Assembly: GCA_964016885.1 (NCBI GenBank)
Contig: OZ024747.1
Coordinates: forward strand, 28,706,001 to 28,770,000
DNA: 64,000 nucleotides
From: Eledone cirrhosa
Taxonomy: Eukaryota
Direction of reading: 5' to 3'
Of the stretch, positions 58,801-64,000 are shown one piece after another (the first letter of the stretch is position 1; each line of letters begins with the position of its first letter). The notes below the pieces were generated by a model. The model saw only the letters and a program-made list of their open reading frames with translations, ran no database searches and was not told the DNA's origin. Position numbers and translations under genes: made by a program.

Positions 58801-61574
58801 TATAGTGGCAAAGAGAACAGTATTGTAGATGTAAAACTGACAACATGGTACTACAGTGGCAGACAGAACAGTACTGTAGATGTAAAACTGACAACATGGT
58901 ACTACAGTGGCAGACAGAACAGTACTGTAGATGTAAAACTGACAACATGGTACTACAGTGGTAGACAGAACAGTATTGTAGATGTAAAACTGACAACATG
59001 GTACTACAGTGGTACACAGAACAGTATTGTAGATGTAAAACTGACAACATGGTACTAAAGTGGTAGACAGACAACTACTGTAGATGTAAAACTGCCAACA
59101 TGGTACTACAGTGGCAGACAGAACAGTATTGTAGATGTAAAATTGACAACATGGTACTACAGTGGCAGACAGAACAGTACAGTAGATGTAAAACTGACAA
59201 CATGGTACTACAGTGGTAGACAGAATAGTATTGTAGATGTAAAATTGACAACATGGTACTGCAGTGGCACACAGAACAGTATTGTAGATGTAAAACTGAC
59301 AACATGATACTAAAGTGGTAGACATAACAGTATTGTAGATGTAAAATTGACAACATGGTACTACATTGGCAGACAGAACAGTATAGTAGATGTAAAACTG
59401 ACAACATGGTACTACAGTGGCAGACAGAACAGTATTGTAGATGTAAAACTGACAACATGGTACTACAGTGGCAGACAGAGTAGTATTGTAGATGTAAAAC
59501 TGACAACATGATACTACAGTGGTAGACAGAACAATATTGTAGATGTAAAACTAACAACATAGTACTTCAGTGGTAGACAGAACACTCTTGTAGATGTAAA
59601 ACTGACAACATGGTACTACAGTGGCAGACAGAACAGTATTGTAGATGTAAAACTGACAAATAGTACTACAGTGGCAGACAGAACAGTATTTTAGATGTAA
59701 AACTGACAACATGGTACTACAGTGGCAGACAGTACAATATTGCAGATGTAAAACTGACAACATGGTACTACAGTGGCAGACAGAACAGTATTGTAGATGT
59801 AAAACTGACAACATGGAACTACAGTGGCAGGCAGAACAGTATTGTAGATGTAAAACTGAAAACATGATACTACAGTGGTAGACAGAACAGTATTGTAGAT
59901 GTAAAATTGACAACATGGTACTACAGTGGCAGACAAAACAGTATTATAAATGTGAAACTGACAACATGGTACTACAGTGGCAGACAGAACAGTATTGTAG
60001 ATGTAAAACTGACAACATGGTTCAACGGTGGCAGACAGAACAGTATTGTAGATGTAAAACTGACAACATGATACTACAGTGGCAGACAGAACAGTATTGT
60101 AGATGTAAAACTGAAAACATGGTACTACAGTGGCAGACAGAACAGTATTGTAGATGTAAAACTGACAACATGGTACTACAGTGGCAGACAGAACAGTATT
60201 GTAGATGTAAAACTGACAACATGGTACTACAGTGGCAGACAGAACAGTATTGTAGATGTAAAACTGACAACATGGTACTACAGTGGCAGACAGAACAGTA
60301 TTGTAGATGTAAAATTCGACAACATGGTACTACAGTGGCAGACAGAACAGTATTGAAGATGTAAAACTGACAACATGATACTACAGTGGTAGACAGAACA
60401 GTATTATAGATGCAAAACTGACAACATGGTACTACAGTGGCAGACAGAACAGTATTGTAGATGTAAAACTGACAACATGGTACTACAGTGGCAGACAGAA
60501 CAGTATTGAAGATGTAAAACAGACAACATGATACTACAGTGGCAAACAGAACAGTATTGTAGATGTAAAACTGACAACATGGTACTACAGTGGTAGACAG
60601 AACAGTATTATAGATGTAAAACTGACAATATGGTACTACAGTGGCAGACAGAACAGTATTGTAGATGTAAAACTGACTACATAGTACTACAGTGGCAGAC
60701 AAAACAGTATTTTAGATGTAAAATTGACAACATGCTACTACAGTGGTAGACAGAACTATATTGTAGATGTAAAACTGACAACATGATACTACAGTGGCAG
60801 ACAGAACAGTATTGTAGATGTAAAACTGACAACATGACACTACAGTGGTAGACAGAACAGTATTGTAGATGTAAAACTGAGAACATGGTGCTACAGTGGC
60901 AGACAGAACAGTATTGTAGATGTAAAACTGACAACATGATAATACAGTGGTAGACAGAACAGTATTGTAGATGTAAAACTGACAACATGGTAGTACAGTG
61001 GCAGACAGAACAGTATTGTAGATGTAAAACTGACAATATGGTACTATAGTGGCAAAGAGAACAGTATTGTAGATGTAAAACTGACAACATGGTACTACAG
61101 TGGCAGACAGAACAGTACTGTAGATGTAAAACTGACAACATGGTACTACAGTGGTAGACAGAACAGTATTGTAGATGTAAAACTGACAACATGGTACTAC
61201 AGTGGTACACAGAACAGTATTGTAGATGTAAAACTGACAACATGGTACTAAAGTGGTAGACAGACAACTACTGTAGATGTAAAACTGCCAACATGGTACT
61301 ACAGTGGCAGACAGAACAGTATTGTAGATGTAAAATTGACAACATGGTACTACAGTGGCAGACAGAACAGTACAGTAGATGTAAAACTGACAACATGGTA
61401 CTACAGTGGTAGACAGAATAGTATTGTAGATGTAAAATTGACAACATGGTACTGCAGTGGCACACAGAACAGTATTGTAGATGTAAAACTGACAACATGA
61501 TACTAAAGTGGTAGACATAACAGTATTGTAGATGTAAAATTGACAACATGGTACTACATTGGCAGACAGAACAG
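43851..61574. repeat. Near-identical tandem duplication, unit 8,880 bp = 174 monomers; second copy 8,829 bp (one monomer fewer)
   Basis: ORF pairs are offset 8880 (44239/53119, 45409/54289, 47902/56782, 48378/57258), then 8829 (48793/57622, 49348/58177, 51086/59915, 52439/61268). Internal indels sum to +6 (174x51+6=8880). The junction is bracketed to about 52731-52745. Confidence 0.92.
45350..48360. repeat. Nested duplication of about 1.4-1.7 kb inside the 8.88-kb unit (also at about 54.2-57.2 kb)
   Basis: Offsets are 1427 (45409/46836), 1631 (45991/47622) and 1682 (46220/47902), which differ by whole monomers. Shared rare variants are attgaatac, gacaccatgg, gtagaactgacaacacgg and gataacatgg. 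Confidence 0.75.
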
Positions 61575-63300
61575 TATAGTAGATGTAAAACTGACAACAT
61601 GGTACTACAGTGGCAGACAGAACAGTATTGTAGATGTAAAACTGACAACATGGTACTACAGTGGCAGACAGAGTAGTATTGTAGATGTAAAACTGACAAC
61701 ATGATACTACAGTGGTAGACAGAACAATATTGTAGATGTAAAACTAACAACATAGTACTTCAGTGGTAGACAGAACACTCTTGTAGATGTAAAACTGACA
61801 ACATGGTACTACAGTGGCAGACAGAACAGTATTGTAGATGTAAAACTGACAAATAGTACTACAGTGGCAGACAGAACAGTATTTTAGATGTAAAACTGAC
61901 AACATGGTACTACAGTGGCAGACAGTACAATATTGCAGATGTAAAACTGACAACATGGTACTACAGTGGCAGACAGAACAGTATTGTAGATGTAAAACTG
62001 ACAACATGGAACTACAGTGGCAGGCAGAACAGTATTGTAGATGTAAAACTGAAAACATGATACTACAGTGGTAGACAGAACAGTATTGTAGATGTAAAAT
62101 TGACAACATGGTACTACAGTGGCAGACAAAACAGTATTATAAATGTGAAACTGACAACATGGTACTACAGTGGCAGACAGAACAGTATTGTAGATGTAAA
62201 ACTGACAACATGGTACAACGGTGGCAGACAGAACAGTATTGTAGATGTAAAACTGACAACATGATACTACAGTGGCAGACAGAACAGTATTGTAGATGTA
62301 AAACTGAAAACATGGTACTACAGTGGCAGACAGAACAGTATTGTAGATGTAAAACTGACAACATGGTACTACAGTGGCAGACAGAACAGTATTGTAGATG
62401 TAAAACTGACAACATGGTACTACAGTGGCAGACAGAACAGTATTGTAGATGTAAAACTGACAACATGGTACTACAGTGGCAGACAGAACAGTATTGTAGA
62501 TGTAAAATTCGACAACATGGTACTACAGTGGCAGACAGAACAGTATTGAAGATGTAAAACTGACAACATGATACTACAGTGGTAGACAGAACAGTATTAT
62601 AGATGTAAAACTGACAACATGGTACTACAGTGGCAGACAGAACAGTATTGTAGATGTAAAACTGACAACATGGTACTACAGTGGCAGACAGAACAGTATT
62701 GAAGATGTAAAACAGACAACATGATACTACAGTGGCAAACAGAACAGTATTGTAGATGTAAAACTGACAACATGGTACTACAGTGGTAGACAGAACAGTA
62801 TTATAGATGTAAAACTGACAATATGGTACTACAGTGGCAGACAGAACAGTATTGTAGATGTAAAACTGACTACATAGTACTACAGTGGCAGACAAAACAG
62901 TATTTTAGATGTAAAATTGACAACATGCTACTACAGTGGTAGACAGAACTATATTGTAGATGTAAAACTGACAACATGATACTACAGTGGCAGACAGAAC
63001 AGTATTGTAGATGTAAAACTGACAACATGACACTACAGTGGTAGACAGAACAGTATTGTAGATGTAAAACTGAGAACATGGTGCTACAGTGGCAGACAGA
63101 ACAGTATTGTAGATGTAAAACTGACAACATGATAATACAGTGGTAGACAGAACAGTATTGTAGATGTAAAACTGACAACATGGTAGTACAGTGGCAGACA
63201 GAACAGTATTGTAGATGTAAAACTGACAATATGGTACTATAGTGGCAAAGAGAACAGTATTGTAGATGTAAAACTGACAACATGGTACTACAGTGGCAGA
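58900..63300. repeat. Tandem 2,193-bp (43-monomer) higher-order repeat
   Basis: ORF pairs 59075/61268, 59551/61744, 59915/62108 and 60677/62870 are all offset 2193 = 43x51 (internal +1 and -1 indels cancel). The same offset occurs at 50246/52439. Confidence 0.87.
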
Positions 63301-64000
63301 CAGAACAGTACTGTAGATGTAAAACTGACAACATGGTACTACAGTGGCAGACAGAACAGTACTGTAGATGTAAAACTGACAACATGGTACTACAGTGGTA
63401 GACAGAACAGTATTGTAGATGTAAAACTGACAACATGGTACTACAGTGGTACACAGAACAGTATTGTAGATGTAAAACTGACAACATGGTACTAAAGTGG
63501 TAGACAGCCAACTACTGTAGATGTAAAACTGCCAACATGGTACTACAGTGGCAGACAGAACAGTATTGTAGATGTAAAATTGACAACATGGTACTACAGT
63601 GGCAGACAGAACAGTATTGTAGATGTAAAACTGACAACATGGTACTACAGTGGTAGACAGAATAGTATTGTAGATGTAAAATTGACAACATGGTACTACA
63701 GTGGCAGACAGAACAGTATTGTAGATGTAAAACTGACAACATGATACTAAAGTGGTAGACAGAACAGTATTGTAGATGTAAAATTAACAACATGGTACTA
63801 CATTGGCAGACAGAACAGTATTGTAGATGTAAAACTGACAACATGGTACTACAGTGGCAGACAGAACAGTATTGTAGATGTAAAACTGACAACATGGTAC
63901 TACAGTGGCAGACAGAACAGTATTGTAGATGTAAAACTGACAACATGGTACTACAGTGGCAGACAGAATAGTATTGTAGATGTAAAACTGACAACATGAT

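Larger units (their letters stand above)
1..64000. repeat. 51-bp satellite/minisatellite tandem array (about 1,250 monomers, single orientation, runs off both window ends)
   Basis: Positions 1-51 read gtagatgtaaaactgacaacatggtactacagtggcagacagaacagtatt, and this unit recurs continuously to 64000 with typically 0-4 substitutions per copy and occasional small indels. All ORFs in the track have a 17-aa period. Confidence 0.99.
27801..64000. repeat. Sub-family domain B of the array
   Basis: Variants aacagaattg (from about 28120), tagtacttcag...aacactcttg (from about 31260), aaaattcgac (+1, from about 32162), ttttactgcag, actaaagtgg and tgagaacatggtgc were seen only here. Confidence 0.8.

Noticed and set aside
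1-64000. The ORFs in the six-frame track as protein-coding genes (Cys-rich, metallothionein-like or zinc-finger-like repeats)
   Set aside because: They overlap in four frames on both strands, begin and end at sporadic repeat variants, are broken by frequent frameshifting indels (+1, -7, +8, -1) and have no unique domains. This is what a 51-bp (17-codon) satellite produces.
1-64000. CRISPR array or other repeat-spacer system
   Set aside because: There are no unique spacers: all 51 positions are conserved between units apart from scattered substitutions. No leader or cas genes are present.
1-64000. Silent-cassette library for antigenic variation or a diversity-generating retroelement
   Set aside because: No expression locus, recombinase or reverse transcriptase is present. 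Variation is not adenine-specific or confined to a variable segment, and it is inherited in duplicated blocks.
1-64000. tRNA, 5S rRNA, snRNA or spliced-leader tandem gene array; telomeric repeat
   Set aside because: The unit is too short for these genes and has no recognisable cloverleaf, A/B box or Sm site. It also has no short G-rich telomere motif.
1-64000. Embedded transposon, inversion or unique island
   Set aside because: Reading through the window I found no break in monomer phase other than small indels, and no reverse-orientation monomers.
1-64000. Taxonomic or centromere assignment
   Set aside because: I do not recognise the monomer or any CENP-B-box-like motif (the consensus lacks CpG). 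Nothing in the window supports naming an organism or a chromosomal location.

Overview
The whole 64 kb window is one uninterrupted, head-to-tail tandem array of a 51-bp monomer, about 1,250 copies, all in the same orientation. The consensus is GTAGATGTAAAACTGACAACATGGTACTACAGTGGYAGACAGAACAGTATT (about 39% GC, no CpG, + strand about 63% purine). I found no unique sequence, gene, RNA gene, transposon or CRISPR spacer. The many ORFs arise because 51 bp is 17 codons and four of six frames are stop-free in the consensus. It looks like eukaryotic satellite/minisatellite DNA, but I cannot name the family or organism. The informative signal is in the variant monomers. (i) Two sub-family domains with mostly different diagnostic variants meet at about 27.6-27.9 kb. 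(ii) There is a nested hierarchy of higher-order duplications, including near-identical tandem pairs of 10,517 bp (206 monomers) and 8,880/8,829 bp (174/173 monomers), and older or smaller units of about 4.6, 4.5, 2.6, 2.2, 1.2, 0.6 and 0.3 kb. (iii) A recurrent three-substitution variant strengthens a hairpin in the monomer. (iv) Common substitutions are mostly C>T/G>A at CAG/CTG and CpA sites. I cannot support a novel protein-coding system here. All counts and boundaries were read by eye and from ORF-track offsets.
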